Shown in pieces: positions 9,402 to 19,830 of a stretch of DNA of 64,000 bases. The translations under genes were made by a program, and so were the position numbers. Source of the DNA: an uncultured Gammaproteobacteria bacterium (GTDB lineage Bacteria; Patescibacteriota; Microgenomatia; Levybacterales; UBA12049). The DNA lies in the NCBI GenBank assembly GCA_964571255.1, contig CAZNAA010000001.1, forward strand, positions 620,666-684,665, written 5' to 3'. Within the stretch, counting starts at the first letter, position 1, and every line of letters starts with the position of its first letter. The notes beneath the pieces were generated by a model. It was not told the DNA's origin. It searched no databases and saw nothing but the letters and a program-made list of their open reading frames with translations.

Positions 9402-10675
9402 TGGATCAGGAAGAACTTGCCCTTGACGCTATTCGAAAAAAGTTAGTTGGAAAATCTCTTAACTATAAAGAGATTTATGCCATTATGGATGAGATTGCCC
9501 ATGAGAAATTGGGAAATATCTTAACCACCTATTTTGCTGCATCTGGCTACTCAAAAGGATTTAGTGATGAAGAGCTATACTTTTTAACCAAAGCCATGGT
9601 AGAAACAGGGGAAAGGTTACGATTTGATGGAATTGTTGCTGATAAACACTCTATTGGCGGAGTTCCAGGAACAAGAACCACAATGATTGTTGTCCCCATT
9701 ATTGCCAGTGCAGGATTTACTATCCCCAAAAGTTCTTCTCGAGCCATCACAACTCCTGGAGGAACGGCAGATGATATGGAAGTTTTATGTCCAGTAACCT
9801 TTGATAAAGAAGAAATCTATAAAATTGTTGAGAAAACAAATGGCTGTATTGTCTGGGGAGGCAGCTTTAATATTGCACCAGCTGATGATATTTTAATTAA
9901 AGTAGAAGCTCCTCTTCTTTTTGAAAGTTTTGACAAAATTATTGTCTCTATTTTGGCTAAAAAAATTGCCTTTGGTTCAACTCATGTCATTATTGATCTT
10001 CCCTATGGAAAAGATGTCAAAGTTCATAGAGAATCTGATGCTCAAGTTCTGGCAGATAAATTTATCATGCTCTCTAAAAAATTCAAGATAAAACTTGAGG
10101 TCTTAATTCATAAAGTAGACGAACCTGCAGGACGGGGGCTAGGACCACTTCTTGAGACACGAGAGGCTCTTAGAGTTCTTGAACAACGAGAAGAGCGACC
10201 AATAGACCTTGAAGAGAGAGCACTGAATCTAGCAGGAAAGCTGCTTGATCTTTGTTTATCAGATTCTACGAAGCATTTACGAGAAACAGTATACGATCAA
10301 TATAAAACTGGTAGAGGCTGGGCTGAATATATTCTCTCCAGTGGTCAAGCTCATAAAAAAATGCTTGAGATTATTAAAGCACAAGGTGGAAAAGATACAG
10401 TACAAAGTATTGATCTGGAACCGGGAAAGTTTACTCATAGTGTCAAATCAACTCATTCAGGAAAAGTAAAAGGGATTAACAGTAAAAATGCAACCCTCCT
10501 TGCCAAAATCCTTGGAGCTCCACAAATGAAAACAGCAGGACTCTATTTAGACAAAAAAGACGGAGACAGTGTAGAAAAAGGAGAGAGTATATATACTCTT
10601 TATTCAGACGACGAGCATAACCTAAAAGAAGCTGTTGAATCAGTCAATCATTTTCCAGTCACTATTTTTTCCTAA
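9401..10675 (+). CDS. Nucleoside/AMP phosphorylase family protein (glycosyl transferase family 3; thymidine/AMP phosphorylase-like)
   Basis: DKHSIGGVPG(TRTT) phosphate-binding motif, TPGGTADDMEVL, 424 aa. Confidence 0.8.
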   Translation: MDQEELALDAIRKKLVGKSLNYKEIYAIMDEIAHEKLGNILTTYFAASGYSKGFSDEELYFLTKAMVETGERLRFDGIVADKHSIGGVPGTRTTMIVVPIIASAGFTIPKSSSRAITTPGGTADDMEVLCPVTFDKEEIYKIVEKTNGCIVWGGSFNIAPADDILIKVEAPLLFESFDKIIVSILAKKIAFGSTHVIIDLPYGKDVKVHRESDAQVLADKFIMLSKKFKIKLEVLIHKVDEPAGRGLGPLLETREALRVLEQREERPIDLEERALNLAGKLLDLCLSDSTKHLRETVYDQYKTGRGWAEYILSSGQAHKKMLEIIKAQGGKDTVQSIDLEPGKFTHSVKSTHSGKVKGINSKNATLLAKILGAPQMKTAGLYLDKKDGDSVEKGESIYTLYSDDEHNLKEAVESVNHFPVTIFS

Positions 10676-11638
10676 ATGAAAAACCGTTTAAAACTTTTCA
10701 TTCTTATCATCCTCCTTTGTGGAGTTACCCTCAGTTTTGGAGCTTGGAATTGGGCAAATTCTCCAGCTGATTCAAAAAACACCGTTTCTTCTATGTTTGT
10801 TATTGCTAAAGGAGAAGGAATTCGCTCTATTGGAAAAAGCTTGAAAGAACAAGGATTAATTAAAAGTGAAATTGCGTTTTATCTTCTTGTAAAAGAAAAA
10901 AGCTTTGATAATAAAATTCAAGCAGGAGATTTTCGCCTATCTCCTTCTCTTTCCCTTGAACAAATTATAACAACGCTAACTCAAGGCTCTCTTGATGTGT
11001 GGGTAACCATTCCTGAAGGGAAAAGATCTGAGGAGATTGTTGCAATTTTAAAAAAACAGTTAGCAACAGTAACACCTTTATGGGAGGAGGAGTTTAAAAA
11101 ACATGAAGGCTACCTTTTCCCAGATACCTATCTTATCCCACAAGATGCTGATGCCTCCCTCGTCATTTCTCTTCTGACCTCAACATTTGAGAAAAAGTAC
11201 GAAGCTGCAGTAGTCAAACAAACCTCTCCTTACACCAAAGAAGAAATTGTTATTTTGGCGTCCCTCATTGAAAGAGAAGCAAAATTTCCAGAGGATCGAG
11301 AAAAAATATCCTCAGTTTTACATAATAGACTTGAGATTGGTATGGCGTTGCAAATTGATGCAACTGTTCAATATGCCCTAGGGTTTCAGACACAAGAGAA
11401 TAAATGGTGGAAGGGAAGTCTGACGAATACCGATTTGAAGAAAGTAAGTCCTTACAACACCTATCTTCACCCAGGCTTTCCTCCAACTCCTATTAGTAAT
11501 CCAGGCCTTGCCTCACTCTTAGCAGCAGCAAATCCTGATAATACCTCTTACCTCTATTACTTATCAGATAAAACAGGACATAATCACTACGCAGAAACAT
11601 TTGAACAGCATCAAGCAAACATTGCGAAGTATCTTTAA
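10676..11638 (+). CDS. mltG: Endolytic murein transglycosylase MltG (YceG family)
   Basis: N-terminal TM, LASLIEREA, DATVQYALG, NTYLHPGFPPTPISNPG motifs. Confidence 0.85.
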   Translation: MKNRLKLFILIILLCGVTLSFGAWNWANSPADSKNTVSSMFVIAKGEGIRSIGKSLKEQGLIKSEIAFYLLVKEKSFDNKIQAGDFRLSPSLSLEQIITTLTQGSLDVWVTIPEGKRSEEIVAILKKQLATVTPLWEEEFKKHEGYLFPDTYLIPQDADASLVISLLTSTFEKKYEAAVVKQTSPYTKEEIVILASLIEREAKFPEDREKISSVLHNRLEIGMALQIDATVQYALGFQTQENKWWKGSLTNTDLKKVSPYNTYLHPGFPPTPISNPGLASLLAAANPDNTSYLYYLSDKTGHNHYAETFEQHQANIAKYL

Positions 11639-12099
11639 GCACTCTTTTTCGTACTTCGTTTAAAAAAGCGACGAGGGGATTTAGGTGACTCTCCACTAGT
11701 CATAATCGATTCTTTTATCTCAGCTAATTTTTCTTGTGCTGTTTCAACCAATTCAAGTTTTTTTAGATCTGCAATTACATCGGTAACTTGCTCACCCATG
11801 GGCGTTTCTTCCATTTTTTCAACCACTGCTTCAATCGCTTTCTTGGCTGAAGTAGTTTTTTCTAACACCTGTTTCTCTATCTTCTTTTCAAAAGGGGATA
11901 AATGTTTTTTTGCATTCTCAACTGTTACCTTTCCTTCGTCAAGAAGCTTTTCCAACTCGGAGAGAACATCTTCTCCTTCTTTTCCAATCTTAGAAAGTAA
12001 CTCACGCCCTTTTTTGCTCGTTAAAAAAAGCGTTGCAGCTACTCCAACCACCACACCTACTACAAATCCGCTAGCTCCTTGAGACTTTTGTTCATCCAT
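11635..12099 (-). CDS. YtxH-like membrane-associated protein (coiled-coil, N-terminal G/V-rich hydrophobic segment)
   Basis: GFVVGVVVGVAATLFLTSKKGRELL N-terminus typical of YtxH family; 154 aa. Confidence 0.55.
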   Translation of the reverse strand: MDEQKSQGASGFVVGVVVGVAATLFLTSKKGRELLSKIGKEGEDVLSELEKLLDEGKVTVENAKKHLSPFEKKIEKQVLEKTTSAKKAIEAVVEKMEETPMGEQVTDVIADLKKLELVETAQEKLAEIKESIMTSGESPKSPRRFFKRSTKKSA

Positions 12100-12101
12100 A
12101 C

Positions 12102-12362
12102 TTACTTTTTGTTTGAGAGAAGAGACTTGATAAGTTTAAAAATTCCTGTAATTGAGATCTCTTTTAGTATTCCTGAGATGTTTGAAAGTGGAGTAAGTAA
12201 CCCTTGAGCTGATGCATGAAGCTTTTCTACTGCAGTTCCAGCATTTTTAATAACCATTCGTACCTCTTTAATCAAAAGGAAAACTTGCACTCCAATAATC
12301 ACAAGAACAATCGTAATTGAAGTAAGAGTAAGAAGAAGAATGATTTGAACTGCTTCTGGCAT
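12102..12362 (-). CDS. DUF948-like small membrane protein
   Basis: 86 aa, single N-terminal TM then helical region; adjacent to YtxH-like gene as in Firmicutes. Confidence 0.5.
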   Translation of the reverse strand: MPEAVQIILLLTLTSITIVLVIIGVQVFLLIKEVRMVIKNAGTAVEKLHASAQGLLTPLSNISGILKEISITGIFKLIKSLLSNKK

Positions 12363-12392
12363 ATATCAAGCTTAACAGAAACTACGGTGGTG

Positions 12393-13028
12393 TCAATTGT
12401 CTTGAATGACTACATCTCGTTTTATGATGGTTTCCTTACCAAAAGTATTGCGAGCAACGACAGTTATCGTATTACTCCCTGGAAAAAGAGTAATTACTTT
12501 ACTAAACTCTCCTTGCTCTGAAACTGTTACTTGATCTTCATTCACAAAGACCAAAACAGAGGGATCTGTCTCCCCTGTTACTCGGACATCTTGTCCAAAA
12601 CTCTCTTGATCTTTAGGAGAAGAGAGGGAGATTCGAGGAGGAAGAAAAGCTGCGCGGTATTGATAAAAAAGATAAGAAAAGATAATAAGAAGTACTCCTA
12701 AAACCAAAAAAATCATTCGCCTCAGTCTAAACCTGCCAGTTCGCACCGTATGTTCTTTCGTAAAACCTTTAGGAAGTATCCGGTACGCATTATTGGCGTC
12801 AAATTCCCGTTTAAAAAGAGGGATAATACGTCTAGACGGGATGCCTAAAAACTCAGCATAATTTTTGACAAACCCTTGAGCATAGGAAGGAGAGGGAAGT
12901 TTATTATACTCCCCTTTCTCAATTGCGCTAAGGAACGAAAGTTTAATTCGTGTTCCCTCTGCAACCTCTTGTAGTGTCAATTTTTTATAAAGACGAGTTT
13001 CTTGAAGAATCTGACCAACAGTGATCAT
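12393..13028 (-). CDS. rodZ: RodZ-like cytoskeleton protein (XRE-type HTH + TM + C-terminal domain)
   Basis: MITVGQILQETRLYKKLTLQEVAEGTRIKLSFLSAIEKGEY HTH, TM MIFLVLGVLLIIFSYLFY. Confidence 0.7.
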   Translation of the reverse strand: MITVGQILQETRLYKKLTLQEVAEGTRIKLSFLSAIEKGEYNKLPSPSYAQGFVKNYAEFLGIPSRRIIPLFKREFDANNAYRILPKGFTKEHTVRTGRFRLRRMIFLVLGVLLIIFSYLFYQYRAAFLPPRISLSSPKDQESFGQDVRVTGETDPSVLVFVNEDQVTVSEQGEFSKVITLFPGSNTITVVARNTFGKETIIKRDVVIQDN

Positions 13029-13031
13029 AAC

Positions 13032-15170
13032 TTACTCAGAAGTAGAACTATTATTCATCGATTGGAGAAATTCATCAGCGTTTCGAACCAATACGTCACG
13101 TGGCTTTGATCCCTCAGCGTGACTAATAATCCCCAATTCTTCTAATTGATCAATAATTCTAGCAGCTCGAGAATACCCTATCGAAAGCTTTCTTTGCAAG
13201 AAGGAAGCTGAGGCAGTATCAAATTGACAGACCAGTTTTATTACCTCCTCAAACAAAGGATCCCTCCCGTCACTACTCGTACCAGCCCCTGCTCCTCCTT
13301 TTCCATTCTTGCCTCCAACAGGTTGGTTCAAAATCTCCTCAGTATACTCAACCGGAATTTCTTTTGCTTTTAAGTAGTCAACGAGTTTTTTAATTTCCTT
13401 CTCACTAACCCAGGCTCCTTGAATACGCGTTGCTTTCGCTTGATCTGGGGGAACAAATAACATATCTCCTCTTCCAAGAAGTTTTTCAGCTCCTGGTGCG
13501 TCTAAGATTACTCGAGAGTCAATTTGTGAAGAAACGTTAAAGGCAATACGAGATGGAATATTAGCTTTAATTAAACCAGTTATCACGTTAACTGATGGAC
13601 GCTGCGTTGCTATTACTAAATGAATCCCTGTAGCTCGAGCCATTTGAGCAAGCCTAGCAATCGCATCTTCCACCTCAACAGGTGCAAACATCATAAGATC
13701 TGCTAGCTCGTCAATAATGATGACAATATAGGGAAGGGCTTGAAAGCCTGATAATTCGTTATAGGAATCAATATTTCGTACTGCTCTTTCAGCAAATAAT
13801 TTATATCTGCGATCCATCTCCGATACTGCCCATTTGAGAGCTGAAAGAATTTTTTCTACATCCACAATCACAGGAGTTAATAAGTGAGGAATTCCGTTAT
13901 AGGAGGTAAATTCAACTCGTTTTGGATCAACTAAGATAAGTTTAATTTCCTGAGGAGATGCTCTAAAAAGAAGAGACGTAATGATTTCATTCATGAGTCC
14001 TGATTTTCCAGATCCAGTGGTACCAGCAATTAAAACGTGTGGCATTTTGGCAATATCAGCAATAATTGGTGCTCCTGAAACGTCAAGACCAAGTGAGACT
14101 GCGAGTTTAGATTTACTTTTTTGCATAGCAGCAGAGCCAAGCATAGTTCGAAGCGGAACAACTTCCAAAGACTTATTCGGGATTTCAATACCTACTAAGT
14201 TTCGGCCAGGAATTGGAGCTTCAATACGAATTTGTCCTCCTGGGGCTTCTGTAGCAAGTGCTAGGTTTGAAGCAAGAGAGGTAATTTTGGTAACTTTTGT
14301 TCCAAGTGCAATTTCTAAAGCATACTGAGTGACAGCTGGTCCTAAATTTACCTCAGCAACTCTAGCTTCAATCCCAAAAGACTGAAGCGTTTTTTCAATA
14401 ACAGAGGCGATTTTATTCACGTCTCCACGTTCTGCCTTGGCACCTGGTGCATCAGAAAGAAGAGAAAGAGGCGGATACTCCCAAATTCCTGTTCCATTCG
14501 GAGTCATCATATTCGTAACAAGTTTTTCTGAGAGCAAATCTTCCTTTTTGGCTTGATTTACCGGTTTGTCATTTTGAATAGGAGGTGCAACCTGGTCTTT
14601 TTGTAATCCTTTAATTTGAATTGGTTTACTCCTATCTAAGGTTGATTCAGATTTTTTAAACAGAGAAAAAAGTGACCAAGGAACTAGTTTTTTTCCTACT
14701 TCTTTGATATTGATGACAATTTGTAAGAATTCATCAAAAGACGTGTCAAACATGACAATAGCTCCCACTAAGATACCAAAAATAAAGACCAATCCTGCTC
14801 CAGGAGTAGTTAAAATCTCTTGAAATATATGAAACAAACTGCCTCCTACTTCTCCACTTTTTGTAATACCAATGACTGAGAGGAAGAAAAGGAGAAATCC
14901 AATCGTGACATTAAGTCGGGAAAGAAAAAATTTCAGGTGGAGAATATAAAACCCACCAAAAAAAAGAAGAAAGGGAGCTAAGAATGATCCTCCACCAAAT
15001 TTTTGTTCTAAGAGTATGCCAACTTGTGCCATACTTCCTTCTTGATATACTAAGGAGAGAAATAGGAGTCCGGACACTAACAAACTCCCTGTTCCAAACA
15101 GGGTATAAATGGTATTTTTCTTTAGCTTTAATTTAAGCCCTCGTTTTCGATATCCTCGTTTTGATCCCAT
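13032..15170 (-). CDS. ftsK: DNA translocase FtsK/SpoIIIE
   Basis: N-terminal TMs, Walker A LIAGTTGSGKSG, Walker B IVIIIDELADL, C-terminal winged-helix gamma domain. Confidence 0.9.
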   Translation of the reverse strand: MGSKRGYRKRGLKLKLKKNTIYTLFGTGSLLVSGLLFLSLVYQEGSMAQVGILLEQKFGGGSFLAPFLLFFGGFYILHLKFFLSRLNVTIGFLLFFLSVIGITKSGEVGGSLFHIFQEILTTPGAGLVFIFGILVGAIVMFDTSFDEFLQIVINIKEVGKKLVPWSLFSLFKKSESTLDRSKPIQIKGLQKDQVAPPIQNDKPVNQAKKEDLLSEKLVTNMMTPNGTGIWEYPPLSLLSDAPGAKAERGDVNKIASVIEKTLQSFGIEARVAEVNLGPAVTQYALEIALGTKVTKITSLASNLALATEAPGGQIRIEAPIPGRNLVGIEIPNKSLEVVPLRTMLGSAAMQKSKSKLAVSLGLDVSGAPIIADIAKMPHVLIAGTTGSGKSGLMNEIITSLLFRASPQEIKLILVDPKRVEFTSYNGIPHLLTPVIVDVEKILSALKWAVSEMDRRYKLFAERAVRNIDSYNELSGFQALPYIVIIIDELADLMMFAPVEVEDAIARLAQMARATGIHLVIATQRPSVNVITGLIKANIPSRIAFNVSSQIDSRVILDAPGAEKLLGRGDMLFVPPDQAKATRIQGAWVSEKEIKKLVDYLKAKEIPVEYTEEILNQPVGGKNGKGGAGAGTSSDGRDPLFEEVIKLVCQFDTASASFLQRKLSIGYSRAARIIDQLEELGIISHAEGSKPRDVLVRNADEFLQSMNNSSTSE

Positions 15171-15243
15171 AGGCAGAAAGATGCATTACTATAATAGCAC
15201 AACTCTCTCGATAAAAAGTGTTGCGACTTTTTGGGTATAGTCA

Positions 15244-16848
15244 TTACATTAAGCACGTAAACGGATGAGTTTTATCTTGTTTATAGATCCCACCCCACTC
15301 AACTACGGTGAATCCTTCTCGTTTAAATGTATGTATTTCAGGCTTTTCTATAGCAATAGGTGTATTAATAGGCTCGAAATAGAACATCACTCGAAGCAAA
15401 GAAGTAGGGGATGGAAAGACTGAAAGAGGAGATAATTCTGCAAGAGTTTCTTCAGAAACAAGCCCAACAAGATAATACGGAGACGATGGAAGAATTGGAT
15501 TCCAGTATTCTAAAAAGTCGTTTTTTTCTTTTTCATTAAGACCTACCTCAGTTAAAATCTTAGCTAAATCCTGAGACAAGGTAGAGGCGGGAAAGACATA
15601 GCCTTTAGTTGGTCTGCTAACTTTTTGATCAGGAAGTTTAGCTTCATAATATAAATAATCATAATATTTGTCTCCTCCCCAAATTTGTCCTGAGGGATGA
15701 GCGATAACACTCCATCCTGAAGTTGGGTAAGAAGGAGAAGTATAGGTCATCGGACCGACAGGTTTTACCAAAACATGTACAGGCTGTTTTATCTCTGGAT
15801 ACAGATATACAGCCGGCTTACATTCAGGAGTCCACCATCCCCATGGTTCAACTCCTGGTGCAATAGGGGTAAATGTGCCAATTTGAAGCGTATTTTTCCC
15901 ACTAGCTCCTGTAGTTTCTTCGTTGATTTGAAAGGACTTTGGATCTGGTACTGGATAAGCAGGCGAAACATATTTGTAAATGACTCCCTCTTCTCCTGGT
16001 TCTGGAGCATCATCAAAGAGAATCAGTTGGGGCATGATGGACTCACTAACGTAATGAGCAGAGTAGGTTTTTTGCTTCCCTTTATACGTAAAGGTATATT
16101 TCCCCCGAGGAAATTTATTTGATAAGTTATATTCTCCAGTCCCCGTTGTTTTATAATCATAGGCCAGAAGAGAGTATTTTGTATTTGCTGGCGGTTTAAT
16201 CTCGCATCTGTCACCAATCGGAACTCCATTTTGTGTCACAATATAACACCCGTCCCCTGAGCCATTCTGCCAGCTAGTAATAGCAGCGCTATTTAGCGAG
16301 GTTGGAGGATTTATATTTCCTGCTTCATCACGAGTTAAAGGCCGAGGACCGAGTTGAGAATTTAAATTACAATGCTCTTGAATAAAACCAGGAATTGGGT
16401 TGTTTTCTTCATAATAGACGTCAAAAAATATATAAACTGGACTATTTTGCTCTGGAGAAACATCTTGACTGACATCGACAAATACCATTTTAAAAGCATC
16501 ATCAGTCCACCCTGAGAGATAGATTCTATCATCAACAAAATATAACTCTCGTGTCTTTCCTTCGATAGTAATATTTTGTCCGGATTTTTCTAAATGCAGT
16601 GAGAGTTCTATTTTTAGAAATGGTACAGCTTTTCTAATGAGTCTGTAATTCTTACCATTAAAACTTAAAGGAGTACCTGAATTTGGAGGAATAACACATG
16701 GCTGAAGTTCTACATTTACGGAAGTTGGCGCGTTCGTCGTTTTGTCTGGTGTATAAAAGAGTCCTGAAAGTAATACGGCAAACACTGTTGCTACTCCCAA
16801 TCCTAAAATAACACTTAATTCAGAATCACCACGCAAAAGTTTTTTCAT
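15244..16848 (-). CDS. Hypothetical secreted/membrane-anchored protein (534 aa)
   Basis: N-terminal TM/signal anchor, no recognisable family. Confidence 0.6.
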   Translation of the reverse strand: MKKLLRGDSELSVILGLGVATVFAVLLSGLFYTPDKTTNAPTSVNVELQPCVIPPNSGTPLSFNGKNYRLIRKAVPFLKIELSLHLEKSGQNITIEGKTRELYFVDDRIYLSGWTDDAFKMVFVDVSQDVSPEQNSPVYIFFDVYYEENNPIPGFIQEHCNLNSQLGPRPLTRDEAGNINPPTSLNSAAITSWQNGSGDGCYIVTQNGVPIGDRCEIKPPANTKYSLLAYDYKTTGTGEYNLSNKFPRGKYTFTYKGKQKTYSAHYVSESIMPQLILFDDAPEPGEEGVIYKYVSPAYPVPDPKSFQINEETTGASGKNTLQIGTFTPIAPGVEPWGWWTPECKPAVYLYPEIKQPVHVLVKPVGPMTYTSPSYPTSGWSVIAHPSGQIWGGDKYYDYLYYEAKLPDQKVSRPTKGYVFPASTLSQDLAKILTEVGLNEKEKNDFLEYWNPILPSSPYYLVGLVSEETLAELSPLSVFPSPTSLLRVMFYFEPINTPIAIEKPEIHTFKREGFTVVEWGGIYKQDKTHPFTCLM

Positions 16849-16862
16849 ATCAGATTACCTTT

Positions 16863-16892
16863 ATTGTAGGTAAGGGAGGAATAGCTGTCAAA
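16863..16892 (-). promoter_or_regulatory. sigma70-like promoter TTGACA(16887-16892)-N18-TACAAT(16863-16868) upstream of 16848 gene
   Basis: consensus -35, 5/6 -10, 14-nt leader. Confidence 0.4.
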
Positions 16893-18629
16893 TTAGACTT
16901 CTATGACAACAGGCAAAATCAAAGGTCGTCTTTTGAGAACTTTAAAGATATGTCGAGTCGCAATATCTCCAACGAGTTTTCTCAAATGGACCCAGTTGGT
17001 TACTTTGCCTTTTTGTTTTCCTAGTGCAAGCTGAATTTCTTTAGGAAGAGAAAGAGATAGAGTTTTTTGATCATTAGGAGAAAAACCTCTGGTAACAAGA
17101 GAGGGTGCATCGACTAATTGTCCAGTTGAAGCATTCACTTCAGCCATCACGATAAGAATTCCTTCTTTAGCAAGCTTTTCTCTATCTCTAAGTACATATT
17201 GATCTACTTCTTCACCTGACACGTGGTCAACAAAAACAGTTTTGACTTCAATTTTCTTTCCGAGTCGTGCAACTCCATCCTCAAAAATAATTTCTTGCCC
17301 GTTTTCCGGAATAATTTGATGCGTCTGATCATATCCCATGGCGGTTGCAAGGAGTTTGTACGCCATCATATGTTTGTAATTTCCACTAGTTGGCAGAACG
17401 TATTCTGGCTTGGTCAATGAGATCATGAGTTGTAAATCCTGCTGACTTCCGTGTCCTGACACGTGATAGACTGCTCCACCTGGTGTTGAATAGAGAATTC
17501 TGACTCCCTTTTTCGCAACTGTATCAATAAGAGAGGTAACAGACACTTCGTTTCCAGGAATTGGATCAGCTGACATCACAATCATATCTTTTGGAGTCAG
17601 TTTAATTTCTCTATGTTCTCCATTAGCAATTCGAGTGAGAGCTGAGTTCTCCTGTCCCTGAGATCCAGCAGCCAATAATACTAATTGGTGATCAGGAATA
17701 TGATTAATCTGATCCATCTCCACTTCCATTCCAGCTGGAATTTTCATATACCCTAAACTTGAAGCCACATCTTTGACTTTTAACAGAGATCTTCCGATAA
17801 AACACACCTTTTTATTCAATTTGATGGCAGCAGCAAGAGTTTGATTCCATCTGGCAATTTGTGAGGAATAAGTAGTTAAAATAAACTTTCCTTCACACGA
17901 CCGCATGGCATTCTCAATCGTTTGTGCCAATGGTTGCTCAGTTGGAGAATGACCTGGTTTTTCTGCACCTAAACAGTCAGAAATCAGACACATCACCCCT
18001 TTTTTCCCGGCTTCTGTATATCCTTGAAAATCAGATCCCTTCCCGTCCTCTGGCATAAATTCAAATTTAAAATCTCCCGTATGAAGTAAATTCCCTGCAG
18101 GAGTTTGGATAAAAAGACTCGCACTATCTGGAACAGAGTGAGTGACATGAATAAACGTCACCGCAAAACTACCTATTTTGACGGTTGGATTTGAAAATTC
18201 CACTGGTTTTACGACTGGTTTGAGGCGAAAATCCAACAATTTGGCGTTAGCAAGTTGAGCTGTAAAGGGTGAAGCATAGATAGGAAAAGTTGTTTTTAAT
18301 TGAGGAAGAACAAACGGAAGAGCTCCGATATGATCTTCATGCCCGTGCGTTAAAACCATTCCAACAATTTTTTTGTTGGTAGTCAAAAGATAGGAGATAT
18401 CTGGGAGAAGAAGATCTACTCCAAGCATGGTTTCATCGGCAAAACCAATTCCACACTCTGCCAGTAAGATTTCGTCTCCATATTCATAAACGTACATGTT
18501 TTTAGTTACGTCCTCAACGCCACCAAGTGGCATGAAAGAAACTATTTTTCGACTCACCTTTACTTCAGGCTTGAGTTTATAATGAGGTTTTTGTGGTTGA
18601 GATGAAACTAAGGGTTGTATTGGATCCAT
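16893..18629 (-). CDS. rnj: Ribonuclease J (metallo-beta-lactamase/beta-CASP RNase)
   Basis: HGHEDHIG motif, beta-CASP and C-terminal domain, 578 aa. Confidence 0.9.
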   Translation of the reverse strand: MDPIQPLVSSQPQKPHYKLKPEVKVSRKIVSFMPLGGVEDVTKNMYVYEYGDEILLAECGIGFADETMLGVDLLLPDISYLLTTNKKIVGMVLTHGHEDHIGALPFVLPQLKTTFPIYASPFTAQLANAKLLDFRLKPVVKPVEFSNPTVKIGSFAVTFIHVTHSVPDSASLFIQTPAGNLLHTGDFKFEFMPEDGKGSDFQGYTEAGKKGVMCLISDCLGAEKPGHSPTEQPLAQTIENAMRSCEGKFILTTYSSQIARWNQTLAAAIKLNKKVCFIGRSLLKVKDVASSLGYMKIPAGMEVEMDQINHIPDHQLVLLAAGSQGQENSALTRIANGEHREIKLTPKDMIVMSADPIPGNEVSVTSLIDTVAKKGVRILYSTPGGAVYHVSGHGSQQDLQLMISLTKPEYVLPTSGNYKHMMAYKLLATAMGYDQTHQIIPENGQEIIFEDGVARLGKKIEVKTVFVDHVSGEEVDQYVLRDREKLAKEGILIVMAEVNASTGQLVDAPSLVTRGFSPNDQKTLSLSLPKEIQLALGKQKGKVTNWVHLRKLVGDIATRHIFKVLKRRPLILPVVIEV

Positions 18630-18634
18630 ATGAG

Positions 18635-19810
18635 TTACCAGGAAGGTAAAAATTCTTTAATATTTGATTGATCTACCTTTACACTTTCTACTTTTCCCTC
18701 AACAATCATTCGTGCAACCTTTCGACACATGCCCTCAATCAGTCTTTCTAAACTTCGAATGCCTGAGTCAAATCCTAAAGGCCTAATAAGAAGCGGCCAA
18801 ACAGAATCATCCACTTGTAACTGAGGTTCTGATAATCCTGTTCCTAATCGCACTCTATTAAACAGATATTGTTTCGCAATGGTTATTTTCTCTTGATCTG
18901 TATAGGAGGGCATCTGGATGATCTCTAAACGGTCTAGAACTGCGGTTGAGATGTTTTTGGTATTATTTGCCGTTGCGATAAACAACACGTTTGAGAGATT
19001 TACTGGATAGTCAATATAATGATCGGTAAAAGCTGCATTTTGCTCAGGGTCTAATAACTCAATGAGAACTCCCATAATATCAGCCCGAGCATTATCAGCA
19101 ACTCTATCTAATTCATCAAGAAGAATCACAGGATTTTTTGTTCCTGCAACACTAAGTTTTTTAATAACGCTCCCTGGTTCTGCATCAGGATACGCTTTTG
19201 ACTGTCCTCTGAGGACTCGTGAATCTGCCATACCTCCAAATGGAATACGAGCAAACTTTCGCCCTAAGGCTTCAGCTATAGAAATTGCCAGGGTTGTTTT
19301 TCCTGTTCCAGCCAATCCAACAAGGCACAAAATAGGAGCATGAGAAATCGTGTCTTTTTTACCAGATTTGAGATTTAAAATAATCGTTGCTAAGTATTCC
19401 AAAATTCTATCTTTAATAGGGTCTAATCCATAATGATTCTTATCAAGAACTTGCTTGGCTTTAATCAAATCCAGTAAGTCCTCAGATTGCGTATTCCAAG
19501 GAAGTCCTAGTACCCAGGTAATGTATGAAGAAGTATTTTCGTACTCTAAAATATAGTTAGTACTCATATACCCACTACTGGCACGAACCAAAGCAAGGCG
19601 TGATACGCGCTCTAAAAGAGTTTGCTTTAAATCCGAAGGAAGCGTAGTTGATTCAACTCGCTCTCCTAATTTTCGAATTTGATCATTTGATTCTATCTTA
19701 TCATTTCCGTTTCCATTCGTTTGAATTTGTGGCACGTCAGTAGTACTCGTTGGAGAGGGGTCTAAAGGAGTTTGATGTGGCGCTTGAAACAGCGGATGAG
19801 TTGGATCCAT
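18635..19810 (-). CDS. Lon-like AAA+ ATPase lacking LAN N-domain and S16 protease domain
   Basis: LGLPWN, LDKNHYGLDPIKDRILEYLA, Walker A LCLVGLAGTGKTT, Walker B VILLDELD, LDPEQNAAFTDHYIDYPVNLSNVLFIATAN; ends right after AAA+ alpha-subdomain; start ATG 19810 (MDPTHPL) because ATG 19831 overlaps the -10. Confidence 0.75.
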   Translation of the reverse strand: MDPTHPLFQAPHQTPLDPSPTSTTDVPQIQTNGNGNDKIESNDQIRKLGERVESTTLPSDLKQTLLERVSRLALVRASSGYMSTNYILEYENTSSYITWVLGLPWNTQSEDLLDLIKAKQVLDKNHYGLDPIKDRILEYLATIILNLKSGKKDTISHAPILCLVGLAGTGKTTLAISIAEALGRKFARIPFGGMADSRVLRGQSKAYPDAEPGSVIKKLSVAGTKNPVILLDELDRVADNARADIMGVLIELLDPEQNAAFTDHYIDYPVNLSNVLFIATANNTKNISTAVLDRLEIIQMPSYTDQEKITIAKQYLFNRVRLGTGLSEPQLQVDDSVWPLLIRPLGFDSGIRSLERLIEGMCRKVARMIVEGKVESVKVDQSNIKEFLPSW

Positions 19811-19830
19811 ATATGTAATACTATACAGCA

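Noticed and set aside
18626-19810. Lon-like and RNase J genes both begin ATGGATCCAA (MDP...PL)
   Set aside because: Only 10 nt and 3 aa are shared. This is probably coincidence, with no repeat or duplication signal beyond it.
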